This document shows, one piece after another, positions 51,663 to 64,000 of a DNA stretch of 64,000 bases. Both the position numbers and the translations under genes were made by a program. Under the pieces are notes generated by a model, which worked only from the letters and a program-made list of their open reading frames with translations, was not told the DNA's origin and searched no databases. Numbering within the stretch: the stretch's first letter is position 1; every line of letters starts with the position of its first letter. Origin of the DNA: Octopus vulgaris (lineage: Eukaryota); contig OX597818.1 in NCBI GenBank assembly GCA_951406725.2, positions 39,556,001-39,620,000 on the forward strand, given 5' to 3'.

Positions 51663-52621
51663 GTAGAACAACTGTGCGAAGGAGAGGTGATGAATGAATG
51701 GATCCTTTAATACATCGCACGGTCAATTACAATAAATGCGAAAAGGGATAAATGAGTATAATTGCCAGAAAGAAAAGAGAGACACAACTGATAGAATGTT
51801 AAGAGAAGATTTTATTGATAGGTTCTTATGTGTGTCTGTGTGTCCATCATAAGTGCATATATAATAATAACAATAGACAGGCCATCATGTATACATTATG
51901 TGTATGTGTGTGCATTAAATACAGAGCATAGAAAGAGTCTATAATAGGACGCTAGAAGAATGTTCAGACACAAGGAAGATAAATACCTGTTCGTAGTCGA
52001 AGTACACGATAGTGAAGTGCTATAACAAGAAGTTGAGGCGAAGTAGCAGAGCCTGTGTGGTACACGTATAAAAAGTTGTGGCTACAATGCTGCTGTCGGG
52101 TTACTTGGTACAGGAGTTCTTGCAGGTTGTGTTCGCTGTTAACCATGGTGAAGTAATTCACAAACAGTGAGGAGTAGAACCTGTGTGTACGTAGAGATAT
52201 GTTGTAGACGACATTAAGACGAAGGCGATAGAGAAGGAGATTGCCATATGCTATTGGTCGAGTGTTGATTCGTCTCCATGTGGCTGCTGTGGTCTGTTGT
52301 CGATGGAACTGGCTGTGTCCTGTGTGGTCAACGGCTAGATCTAAAAGGGTCTGGAACTGACTGACCTCGAAACGGTGTTGAAACTAGCATTTTATAGAAA
52401 GCTATCGGCTCACTGGATGTTTGGAAGAGACTGTCTCATGTGACCTTATAAGAAGGCTGCGATTGGTTGGGTTGCACATTGGCATGCAACAGAGCAAGAG
52501 ACAAATTGCACCAATACCAACCAATCAGAGTAGTTGACACAACAGGGTCCAAGCAGCCGAAGGCTAGCTGTTATCCCCTACGTTCGTACTTATGTATATA
52601 TAACAGAGAGAGTCCGCTACA
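51662..52621 (-). mobile_element. 960-bp solo LTR
   Basis: The termini are TGTAG...CTACA with TATA on both flanks. The minus strand has TATAAAA (52390-52396) followed by AATAAA (51811-51816), with CCAAT boxes upstream of the TATA. Confidence 0.75.
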
Positions 52622-53194
52622 TATATCATCATCATCATCATCATCATCGTTTAGCATCCGCTTTCCATGCTGGCACAGGTTGGACGGTGCAACTGGGGTC
52701 AGGGAAGCCAGAAGGCTGCACCAGGCCCAGTCTGATCTAGCAATGTTTCTACGGCTGGATGCCCTTCCTAACGCCAATCACTCTGTGTGTGCAGTGGGTG
52801 CTTTTTACGTGCCACCGGCACGGAGGCCAGGCCAGGCTGGCAAACGGCCACGATCGGATGGTGCCTTTTACGTGCCACCGGCATGGAGGCCAGGCCAGGC
52901 TGGCAACGACCACGATCAGATGGTGCTTTTTTTTGTCCCACCGGCACGGAAGCCAGTCGGGGCGGCGCTGGCAACGGCCACGTTCGGATGGTTCTCTTAT
53001 GTGCCACCGGCACTCGTATCACAGCTACAATTTCCATTCATGTTGATGGATTTTGATTTTTGATTTTGATTTTGATTTATATATACATATTTAGTGAATG
53101 GAGAAACAAAAGAAAGCTATACTCAACACATTTTAAATAAGATCCCACCGTACAACCATCCATCCATCATTCCACACATGCATACATACATACA

Positions 53195-53748
53195 TGGTGG
53201 CTGCCCCCTCGTTATCGAGTATGGCCATTGCACAAAGCTTAATCAATGTTATTATCGTGCAATGCCTGAGCAAGAAGATTTTTTTTAAAGTGAGGGCAAG
53301 CTGTGCACTGAGTCAATCCCACTCACTAAGCAACAGCAGCCATAATCCGAAAAGAAGAACAAGTCAACATCATCGGTAGCCACTGATCCGCAGGTTTTAT
53401 GTTGGAGTTATCCCAGTTACCTGAGTTACCTTCTCCTAAAAGGATGCTCTAACAAAGGCTAGGAGTCCTTCACTCCCAATGGTTTAACCGCGCAATCGGA
53501 TATTCAGTCCGATTATTTCTATGTCCCCGTGCATGATACACCCTTAAAACATTTATTGGATGGCCGTTGACTCTCAAGAGTTCCTCCGCCCTTTGACGGG
53601 TTTTGTTTTTCATCCCGCGGGGTGTCCAATAAACACCCTCCTCACCAAGCAAGCTTGGTGGGGTTGCCGATTTAGTCGCCGACGGCCCGACCATGCAACA
53701 GGTTGTACTGGGTTACATATTATCAGTAGCACTTGAAAGTGACCTGAC
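53195..53748 (-). mobile_element. Structured CpG-intact repeat resembling an RTE 5' UTR or RTE-derived short element
   Basis: The minus-strand motif GCCTTTGTTAGAGCATCC...AGGAGAAGGTAACTC recalls RTE 5' regions. It has several hairpins and is flanked by (CATA)n. Confidence 0.4.
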
Positions 53749-54257
53749 ATACATACATACATGCATGCATACTGTATATTCAAGAGAAAAGCAATCCTTC
53801 GGTATTCATGCATAGCGTCATTCACCCACACAACCAGCCTTCATGACATAGATAAGGAAGCCGGACTGAAAAAAGGGGGAGAGTGACGTTGCCTCCTCAT
53901 ATCAACTCACTGGATAAAAATACTGAAGAATCGCCAAAAGAAATTTTACTTTAAACTTAACTTTTGTTCATTCATTGCTTATCTACGTACCAACACCCCA
54001 ACAAAAGTCGCTGCATCCCCACCTAAATATTACTGTACCCTTCTAAAATATTGCTCAGATCTACCTTGAGAAAACTGGTCTACAGTGTGAAGTCTAAACA
54101 ATAGAACGTATCTAAGTAATTTTGAATCTTACTGACACCTTATCACGCAAAGAATTGTAACAAAGTAACCTCCCTTTATTGATAAACCAGCTACAAAAGA
54201 TTTTTCTTGGCGGGTGGCATACGGGTGTTTTTAATGAACATACATTTTTAGTCTCAC

Positions 54258-54293
54258 CATAAAAGTAGATACTGTTGTTAAACTGTATTTCAT
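54258..54293 (-). CDS. Putative first coding exon of minus-strand host gene (MKYSLTTVSTFM)
   Basis: The minus strand reads ATG AAA TAC AGT TTA ACA ACA GTA TCT ACT TTT ATG followed by the donor GTGAGA. It is phase 0, matching the exon at 32330, and lies in non-repetitive sequence with relatively many intact CpGs. Confidence 0.4.
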
Positions 54294-55246
54294 CTGGTCC
54301 TCCCCAAAATGTGGTTTGATCAATGTATTTACTTTTTAACAAGATTAAAAACTAGTGTTTTTAATCAAGATTAAAAACTAGCGCTTGTAAGTCTAGCATC
54401 TGCATCTAATAAAAAGAACACTACGTTTTGCTTTTATTAACTAATATAATAATATAACAACTATTATCGAATGATGAATTTGGTACCACTATGAAACAGA
54501 GTTGCGTTTGGAATAATTTTATTTTCATTTCAATAACATTTCACTACTGTATTCTAGCATCATGAGCAGGAGATGGAAGCGAATATTGAAAACCCGTAAA
54601 GAGAAGGGAACTGCTTGGCTCCTTCCTCATCCTAAGCTGTCAAAAAGGGTCTCATGAACCTAATTATGCTGCGAGACTAATTTTATATGGATATGAATCT
54701 GCATATTTATTTTTGAAAATATTCATTGGCAAAGTTTTGTTAAATTATATAATGAAATACCAAGGGACACAACTTGGATGGTAATTTTGAAAACTTTTTA
54801 AATTGAGGTTGACTTTGCCTTTCATCCTTTCGGGATCGATTAAATAAGTACCAGTTACGCACTGGGATCGGTATAATCGACTTAATCCGTGTGTCTGTCC
54901 TTGTTTGTCCTCTCTGTGTTCAGCCCCTTGTGGGTAGTAAAGAAATAGGTATATTGTACATATGTTCTTTTGGAGATCTGATATGAGTGAATTGCTAAAG
55001 GAAAGTCCGCAGAATTGGTAGAATAATGCTGGCATAAATAGGGCTAAAATTTAAAGGAAGAGGAAAAAAAAAGTATGTTCATATGCTATATCGTATTCGA
55101 TTTGTTGGGTAGTGCACGTTCGTTTCCTTGAAAATATATTTTCAAAGGTGGATCTGCGCAAAAATTTCAGGATTCTCGTCTCTTCATTATACGCTTTTTT
55201 TTTCTTTTACCTGTTTCAATAACCGGACTGTCCAATGAAGAGTTGA

Positions 55247-55653
55247 GGGATCTTTTCGGTTTGAACGGCAGTTTTTTCTAGTGGTGTCATATCAAATTGT
55301 CACCCTAGTATCGATCTATTGCATTTCAATCTGTTTTAGGGTTAGGGTTAGGGGTGGGGGAAGGGTATCTTTTTTTCTTCTGCAATGTAAATAAACCCAA
55401 TCTGTTTCTTAAACGAGGGACATATTCATACGGCACAGAATGTTTTCACCTCAATAGACGTCATTGATTGGTTGAAATTGCAGAAATTGAAGAAAAAAAA
55501 CAACAAATATCTTACAAATTATAGAATTTTCTCAATAAAGCCAAGAGAAAAAGATGTTTTATAAACACATTCTACCAGTATACGAAGTTTAAAAGTCTTC
55601 AGTTACTTGGAAATTATTTTTTAAAAATACCGGTCAAACCGAAAAGATCCCAT

Positions 55654-55703
<50 letters not shown>

Positions 55704-56757
55704 ACCCGTGCTAGCGCAGAAAACGGACGTTAAACGATGATGATGATGATCTTTTGTCCACCTCAAACTCATTAAAATCTTTCTTTAGCATATTCTTCTG
55801 CCATCATTTAATGTAAATGTTTCGTAAGTGCTGAATGGATTTTAAGGTCGTGCTCTACCTTTCTTCACAGCAATGAATGAGACACAAGGCTGTTTGGATC
55901 TTTTCGGTATGAATGGCAGTTTTTTTCTAGCAGTGTCATATGAAATTGTCACCCATAATTATTACCCTAGTATCGATCTATTGCATTTCAATCTGTTTTA
56001 GGGTTAGGGGTGGAGGGAAGGGTATCTTTTTTTCTTCACAAATGTAAATAAACGCAATCTGTTTTTTAAACGAGGGACATATTCATATGACACAGAATGT
56101 TTTTTACCTCAATACAAGTCATTGATTGGTTGAAATTGCAGAAATCGAAGAAAAAAAACAACAAATATCTTACATACTATAGAATTTTCTCAATAAAGCC
56201 AAGAGAAAAAGATGTTTTATAAACACATTCTACCAGTATACGAAGTTTAAAAGTGTTTAGTTACGTGGAAATTATTTTTAAAAACTGCCGGTCAAACCGA
56301 AAAGATCCAAAAATAGATACCCCCTAACCCTAACCCTAAAACATTGAAATGCAATAGATCGATACTAGGGTCATAATTATGGGTGACAATTTCATATGAC
56401 ACCGCTAGAAAAAACTGCCGTTCAAACCGAAAAGATCCCTTTTTTTCTTCACAAATGTAAATAAACCCAATCTGTTTTTTAAATGAGGGACATATTCATA
56501 CGGCACAGAATGTTTTCACCTCAATAGACGTCATTGATTAATAGAAATTGAAGAAAAAAACCAACAAATATCTTACAAACCATAGAATTTTCTCAATAAA
56601 GCCAAGAGAAAAAGATGTTTTATAAACACATACTACCAGTATACGAAGTTTAAAATTTTTTAGTTACCTAGAAATTATGTTAAAAACTGCCGTTCAAACC
56701 GAAAAGATCCGAAAGATTTTAATAAGTTTTGGGTTTATTTCAAACCGAAAAGATCCC
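55247..56757. mobile_element. Cluster of MITEs of about 400 bp with GGATCTTTTCGGTTTGA TIRs and internal TTAGGG repeats
   Basis: Full copies lie at 55247-55651 and 55896-56308. There is also an inverted left part at about 56315-56439, a right part at about 56440-56710 and a lone TIR at about 56740-56757. Confidence 0.85.
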
Positions 56758-57964
56758 TACACTGTCTCCAAAACACCACCTAAACTATTACCACTTTTGA
56801 TTATCAACTCATAAAAACATTCCGTTTGCTCTTAACTCATTGCCTTTGTTTTGTTTAGTTAAACATTATCCTGTTTATAGATTTAGTCTTAATTAAAACT
56901 ATTGTGTGAGGTTGCCACATTCATTTTGTTAACCCTTCGAGCCCACAGTCCAATGACTGAAACAAATAGAAAGATAAGGTATTATCTTTTATCTTATACC
57001 GCTTACTTGTTTCATTCACTGGACTGCGGTCATGCTGGTGCACCACATTGAAGGTTTTAGTCGGATAAATTGACTGCAGTACTCTTTTTTATATAGCCTG
57101 GAACTTATTCTATCAGTCTTTTTCCCGAACTGCTAAGGGATGGAGATGTCAACAAACCAACACTGGTTGTCAAGCAGTGGTGAGACACACACACACACGA
57201 CAGGCTTCTTTCAGTTTTCTCCTACTCACAAGGATTTTGTCAGCTGGGCCTCTTCTATGTTATGCAGTGGGAATGAACTCGGAACTATATGGTTGGGAGG
57301 CAAACTTCCTACTACACAGCCACGCCTCATCATTGCCATTTACTTTTACAGACACGTGCATTATTACCATGCTTCTCGGACAGTATCTACTAAACGATAT
57401 TTGCAGGGATCTCCATGTCTCCATACCTGTTCCCGTCATCATATTATTTATTTCTAATGTTAATTGGTCACTAAACACTATTTTGGGTCCGGAAAACGGA
57501 GGGGTGGGGTGGAACCTCGGAAATTTCATCCCGCCCCTTCCCGGAATCATTGGAAAATGCATGTTTTTTTTTTCATTGAATAAATTACGATGACCTCCGA
57601 ATATGTCACAAAACGCATTTTTTTTGCCTGGAAAATGGGTGTTGGGTGTGGTAGAACCCTCGGAAATTTTACCCACCAACATTTTACTGAAATATGTTTT
57701 CAAGAGTGTGGATTACATGGTTCCTTATTAAATAAATATTTACTAGTTGGTACTATATGAATTAATATGTTAACATTTATATTGTGTGTATTTTATGCTA
57801 GAAATATTTCCAATGACTCCGAGATGGGAGAAGGGTTCTGATTCCCCACCCCCACTTTTTTCTGAACAAAAATAAGGGGTTTGCAGCACATTAGGAGGTC
57901 AAGGTACTTGATTCCCTGCAAAAAATCTGAGGTTTCTTTTTTGTTAGTGAAACATGTGCAAATA

Positions 57965-58350
57965 GGCGCAGGAGTGGCTGTGTGGTAAGTAGCTTGTTTA
58001 CCAACCACATGGTTCTGGGTTCAGTCCCACTGCGTGGCACCTTGGGCAAGTGTCTTCTACTATAACCTCAGGCCGACCAAAGCCGTGTGAGTGGATTTAG
58101 TAGACGGAAACTGAAAGAAGCCCGTCGTATATATGTATATATATATATGTATGTGTGTGTGTGTGTGATTGTCCCCCTAGCATTGCTTGACAACCGATGC
58201 TGGTGTGTTTATGTCCCCGTCACTTAGCGGTTTGGCAAAAGAGACCAATAGAATAAGTACTGGGCTTACAAAGAATAAGTCCCGGGGTCGAGTTGCTTGA
58301 TTAAAGGCAGTGCTCCAGCATGGCCGCAGTCAAATGACTGAAACAAGTAA
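57965..58350 (+). mobile_element. SINE family A, best-preserved full copy
   Basis: It has the head GGCGCAGGAGTGGCTGTGTGG, B box GGTTCAGTCCC, an internal microsatellite and an A-rich tail. Confidence 0.9.
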
Positions 58351-60002
58351 AAAAAAAATGTACTTAAAAAAAAGTACTAGGAGGGGGAGGAGAAGACAAG
58401 GTTGGAATGACAAGAGGAGGAAAAAAACAAAACTAATATTTTTGGTAGGTTTGAGTGTAGGTGGTATACAATGAACTATTTTCAGAGGAGCGGAGGCTTT
58501 TATAGCAGTGATACAATTGGGAATTAGGAAACAGTATGTTTGTGGGCCAGAGGTTGTAATATCCTGGTGAGGAAGTTTGCGCTGGTGCAGTTAGATGCAA
58601 GGGCCCGGGAACAGGAGGTGCAGGTGGTGCACTTGCAACCCCTAAAATTTTTCAGAGGTGCAATATCAAAATCTGTACCCATTACATACTTAGCTAGGTT
58701 TAGAAAATAGTGTCTAAAAATTGATCTGTAAAAAGTTGCTTGAAGTTAGGTTCCTTCTCAAAACAAGAACAAAGGACAAATATAAATGAAAAAAAAAATG
58801 TTTACTGGTGAAGCTGGTCATAAAATTCCCAAGGGAATTCTCTAGAAAGATATACTACTGAACTAAAAGTATGACCAGCAGTATAGCCACTCCTCAAAAC
58901 TAGCAAAATTGATGACCTATTAAACTCCACAATGAAAAGCCCTTCACTGTCCAGCTATTCACATTCTTCATTTTCTCTGAATATTACAACTGACTCATCA
59001 TCATCATTCTCATTGCCATAATATTCTACTGATACAACCATAACCACTCCTACTGTCACACCTCTCTTTTCTCCCACTGACCACCTCAATTTGAATGTAT
59101 ACCTCGCAGCTCCATGATAAATCTGCCAATCATCAACATCATCATCATCAACGTTTAACGTCCGTTTTCCATGCTAGCATGGGTTGGATGGTTCAACTGG
59201 GGTCTGGGAAGCCAGAAGGCTGCGCCAGGCCCAGTCTGATCTGGCAGTGTTTCTGTAGCTGGATGCCCTTCCTAACGCCAACCACTCCGTGAGTGTAGTG
59301 GGTGCTTTTTACGTGCCACCTGCACAGGTGCCAGACAAGGCTGGCAAACAGCCATGATCGGATGGTGCTTTTTATGTGCCACCGGCACGGGGGCCAGATG
59401 AGGCTGGCAACGGCCACAATCAGATGGTGCTTTTTACGTGCCACCGGCACGGAGGCCAGTCGGGGCGGCACTGGCAACTGTAAATAAAATAAAATCTATA
59501 AATGTATGATATCCCAAAATATGCCAGTGTTTTCAATGCAAGGGACTTTGCATATGCAGTAGCTGCAATTTCACTCATTTACCTGCGACAAAATATGCAG
59601 TTTGTACAAGCAACACCAGTCAATGCCAAAACACACATCTTAAACCAATGCCACTGAACCCACTACCACCCTCATCTACCATTTGTATGTGATTTTACAA
59701 ATTGCTGCCTTCTGTGCAAGTTTTTAATCCATTTGTCTGTTTCACTGTGTGTGTGTATTCTCTTTTACATGTTTCAGTCATTTGACAGTAGCCATACTGG
59801 AGCACCGCCTTTTTTTTTAACAAATTGACCCGAGGGTCAATTCTTTGTAAGCCAAGTACTTATTCTATCAGTCTCTTTAGCAAAACCACTAAGTTTCAAG
59901 GACATAAACACATCAACATCGGTTGTCAAGTGACAGTGAGGGGACAAACACAAATACAAAGACACACACATATAAATATGTATATATTCTGCAGTACAGA
60001 AT

Positions 60003-60053
60003 TTTGTCAGTGAACAGGTTGCGGTCTCAAAGCAACGAAAATATTTTGACAAA
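60003..60053 (+). ncRNA. Minimal type I hammerhead ribozyme candidate with G3-C8 core
   Basis: TTTGTCA-GTGAACA-G-GTTGC ggtctcaaa GCAAC-GAAA-ATAT-TT-TGACAAA gives a 7-bp stem I, a 5-bp stem II and the palindromic stem III AATATT. Confidence 0.65.
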
Positions 60054-60617
60054 TTAAATTTAAATGTTCAAGTGAGTCTAACGGTTTTTGTGTGTTTCTT
60101 AAATGGCTTCGTTTCAACACATGATCTCAGATCAGGTCATTTGCTATACAAGTACATCTCCGTAATATATATATATATATATATATATCCCCTCTCTCTC
60201 TTTCGGAGAGGCACTGAGCAGCTATACGCACACATACACACACGGCAGTAACTTCCACCTACCGAATTTAATCACAAAGCTCCGGTCGGCTCGGGGCTAT
60301 AGTGGAAGACACCTACCCAAAGTGCCATGCAGTGGGACTGAACCCAAAACCGTGTAGCTAGGAAGCAAGCTCCCTAACCACACAGCCATATATATATATA
60401 TATATATACACATGACAGGCTTCTTTCAGTTTCCGTTTACCAAATCCGCTCACAAGGCTTAATCGGCCTGAGGTTATAGTAGAAGACAGTTACTCAAGGT
60501 GTCGTGCAGTGGAACTGAACTTGGAACCATGTGATTGGGAAGCAAGCTTCTTACCACACGGCCACACCTGTGCCTATGATTACCACACAGCTGGTGTTAG
60601 AACACCTACAATCCTAG

Positions 60618-61900
60618 GTGTTCTATATGTATATAACAGCCACTTATATTTTCATTGCTGGTGACTTCAACTACCCAGGAATTAAATCAGAAACTTTTCA
60701 TTGGCCGCAAAGCACAGGCTATTTCCTTGATGTAGTGCTGGATGCAAACTGGTCCCAAGTAGTCACCTCTCCCACAAGTGGTAATAACACTTTGGACATG
60801 CTCTTTGCCACCACTCCTGTGTTATAACAAAGGAACCTCTAAGCAACTCTGATTATTGCCAATCTGTCTCTTATAGGCAAAAACTGGAACAAAGTAGACT
60901 GGAACTGTTACTGTAAGGAATTATGATACCCAGACTGGTTTGAATTGATTATGATTCAAGGGATGACAATACTGTTTTTCAAAATATCCTCAGTGCAATC
61001 TAGGCTGCATATGAAGCAGTTAGTTATGGTTTTAGGACCTCATTCTTCACCCTACAAGATGACTTCTGGTGTACCATAGGGATCTGTTCTTGAACCCCTT
61101 CTATTTGTTGCATATATTAATGATATAGATACCAATTTGAGGACTGTTACAGTGCTGAAATATGAAGATGACATTAAGCTGTATCTCGAAATAAAAAAAC
61201 CCAGATCCTATGCACTACAAATCTTTCCACAATCAGACCTGGATACAATGCAGCAACGGATCTCTGACTGGCAATCCAAGCTAGCTGTGGACAAGTGCGT
61301 CACCATGCATTTTGGGAGGAAAAATCCAGCCTTTATATACTTCCTCAGCAACACCAATCTCAAGAAGTCTTCTAGCAGACATGATCTGGACATTATTGTA
61401 AACAGCAATCTGTGTTGGACAAACCACATCTTTAAGATTGTCAAGAAGGCTGATGAGGTGTTAGCATCATTTAGTAAGACCTTTGTCAGCTGCTCTCCAG
61501 CTATATGTTTAAAATTGTATATGACAATGGTATGTCCACACTTAGAATTTGCATCACCAGTCTGGAACCCCTATCTTGCTCAGCATATAAATCTCCTGGA
61601 AACTGTTCAGAAATGTGCAACAAAACGAATACCTGCCATCACACGTCTACCATACTCTGAACATCTTGTTTTTCTGTGCATGGATACATTGAAGCTCAAA
61701 CATCTGACAACTGACTTGGTTGACACCTTCAAGATTATCCACCATCTTTCCTTTAGCACCTTTTTGAATTCCATATGACAAACACTCGTGGATATGCTTA
61801 TAAAATCAAAAAACATCACAGCACCCCTGACTTTTGGAAACATTTTTTCATGCTCAGAATTGCTGAAGCATGGAATAAACTACCTGAAATCTGCCAACAG
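60618..61900 (+). mobile_element. Decayed, internally deleted CR1-clade LINE (APE + RT)
   Basis: Motifs include IAGDFNYP, GVP*GSVLEPLLF..YIND, YEDDIKLY, KCVTMHFG and PHLEFASPVWNP. Confidence 0.9.
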
Positions 61901-62689
61901 TACACCTGATGGCCTTTTTATTTTTGTCTTTTTATTAAGTTGTAGTGCACCAGAGCATTGTTGACTTTTTGTGCAGCATTTATGGCTGTTAGTCAATGTA
62001 ATCACACAGCCCACTTCTATTCCCACTCAGTGATACTCCACATAGTGTTCAATATTTGGTGTAAGACTTTCTCTCTTTCCTATCTATTTTTCTGTCCTTC
62101 TCCTCTCCACTCTTGTGTGCAAAACTTTCTCCATCTATTTCTATCTGCTGCCTTTCTCGCTTTACTGTCTCCCATTTCTTCCTCTGTCCATCTTTGTCAA
62201 CTACCTACTGTCTATCTTTATCCCCTTTTTTCTCTACACACCTTCTTTCCTTGTACTTGCTCTTCCCCAACCTTCTCTACTCCACTCTATCTCTCTTTCT
62301 TTGCTTTTTGGTACCAAAAGACCATCCAATTTTTTATCACTTATCTTTTTTCTACTTGACCAGTGCATACTTAAGACATGTATTTTGTTTCATCTCCTGC
62401 CTAGCACTCACTTCAGACCCCCAGTTTACCTTTTCACTTTTCATTCTTTTCTTCCCTTCTATCCCATCTTTCTACCCTTCTCCTGAGCCTTCTCATTGTA
62501 TCTTTGAAAACACAAGCACCACTATTTTCTTCCTTTTTTGTTAGTTTTCGTCATGTAGTGTCCCACATTTTGAAATACTTGCAATTTTTATTTTTACTGC
62601 TTATGTTTTATCCACTTGATATATTTCCAAAATTAAACATTTTAATATGCAAAATATACTTCACATTATTACATATTCTATACGTTAGT

Positions 62690-63298
62690 GCAAAAAATAT
62701 TGTGCTTATTGACTATCTTCAAAATGATCACACCATTAATGGAAAGTTCCATGCCAACTTGTTAGGTAGTTATGAAAGGCTAGCAAAACTAAACACCCAG
62801 AAAAACTGACAAATGGTGTCTTGTTTCATTAGGGCAATGCTTCAGCACACAAGTCCGCGTGACTGTCTTTGAACTGGTTGATCACCCTCCCTATGTTAGT
62901 GATTTGGTTCCATCAGGTTATCATCTGTTTCCCCAACACAGAAAAACACTCAGCTGGGTACCAGTATCACTGTGATGATGGCGTCTTATCTGCTGTTCAA
63001 AACCATTTTGCTCGGAGTGGTTGGAGTAACCCTGCCAGATCAGATTGGAGTCTGGTGCAGCCATCTGGCTCGCCAGGCCTCAGTCAAATCGTCCAACCCA
63101 TGCTAGCATGGAAAGCAGACGTTAAACGATGAAGAAGAAGAAGAAGAGAATAGCTTCTTCACCAGTGTGATTCAACTGCAACTACTTATGGAAGCGAGTG
63201 GACAGTATGAAGTTCTATGTTATAAAATGAACTTCATTTATTCACATTCCATGAGAGTGTCTTGCTCAGCCAATGAACATTTCACTCAACCCTCATAA
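62690..63298 (+). mobile_element. Decayed second mariner, 3' half, interrupted by an RTE-tail repeat
   Basis: Motifs include IDYLQ..HTING...ANLL, VLFH..NASAH, FELVDHPP, DLVPSGYHLFP and DDGVLSAV. The end ...CAACCCTCATA is TIR-like. Confidence 0.75.
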
Positions 63299-64000
63299 TA
63301 ATAAAAATTATTATTATACCGGCATTTGTTTTAATGTTAACATCGAAAAAAATTCACATATTTCATTAAAAAATTTGGACCTGGGTTTTCACTCACGAAG
63401 GAAATTTTGTTGCTAGGTTACTGCTCGTCGAAGAAAAACAATTAGAAAACAAGTCTTTTATTATATGCCTTCTAAAAGAAAAAAGTAAACTAAGGGACAG
63501 CACTCCTGCTTTATTTATACTACTGTTTAAATGATTGAAATGTTGAATAAGACCCTACGAGTCAGATTTACATAATTTCTTGAGTGTTGGTTCGAAAAAA
63601 CAACCTACGAGTTACGTATAGCCTTAACCTTAAAACGAAGAACCACCAAATAGATTAACAGGTTAAGTAAGTATTGTAAATAGCTCGTGTAACTTTTAGT
63701 AATCTAAGTAAGATGCCTATAATTTTGAACTGATTAGACTAAATACTCGTTCTACAACGATAGCCTTTCTCTCATCTACCAGTTCATAATGTCAATTACG
63801 GCGAGAGTTGATCATCACTTCATACCCGTATTTTGAGCTTTTTGAATTTAGCTGTCATCTTTGATAGTAGGAGTACAGTTTATGAGTGATGGGTTACTCT
63901 TAGTCTAATGTGTTCCTCAGATTTTCAAGGATTCAGGCTATGCCAATCTTCTCCAATATATTTTCTAGTTTCATCCCGCACAGCAATAGTTATACGTACA

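Noticed and set aside
55335-55360. Interstitial telomere or chromosome-fusion relic
   Set aside because: There are only about three TTAGGG units, and they recur as part of a MITE.

Overview
This is AT-rich animal genomic DNA, dense in microsatellites and transposons. The SINE/RTE repeat content suggests an octopus or other coleoid cephalopod, which is an inference and not verified. Most ORF-track entries are microsatellite or repeat artefacts. The window appears to hold the 5' part of one minus-strand host gene: three phase-compatible exons at 54293-54258, 32330-32139 and 21076-20984. The third exon ends in a motif recalling the N-terminus of gustatory-receptor-like 7TM channels. The introns contain a nearly intact RTE LINE (one frameshift, PHD finger inside the RT), a full-length dead mariner, a nest of R4/Dong-like LINE remnants, a rearranged Ty3/gypsy element, two solo LTRs, Penelope-like GIY-YIG remnants, CR1 and Helitron-like pieces, and dozens of tRNA-derived SINEs. 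The main non-coding signals are minimal hammerhead-ribozyme motifs with co-varying cores (C3-G8, G3-C8, U3-A8), tandem compact pseudoknot modules in the RTE 3' tail family, a perfect 110-bp fold-back hairpin, and a cluster of TTAGGG-bearing MITEs near the putative promoter. All calls were made by eye, and boundaries of decayed repeats are approximate.
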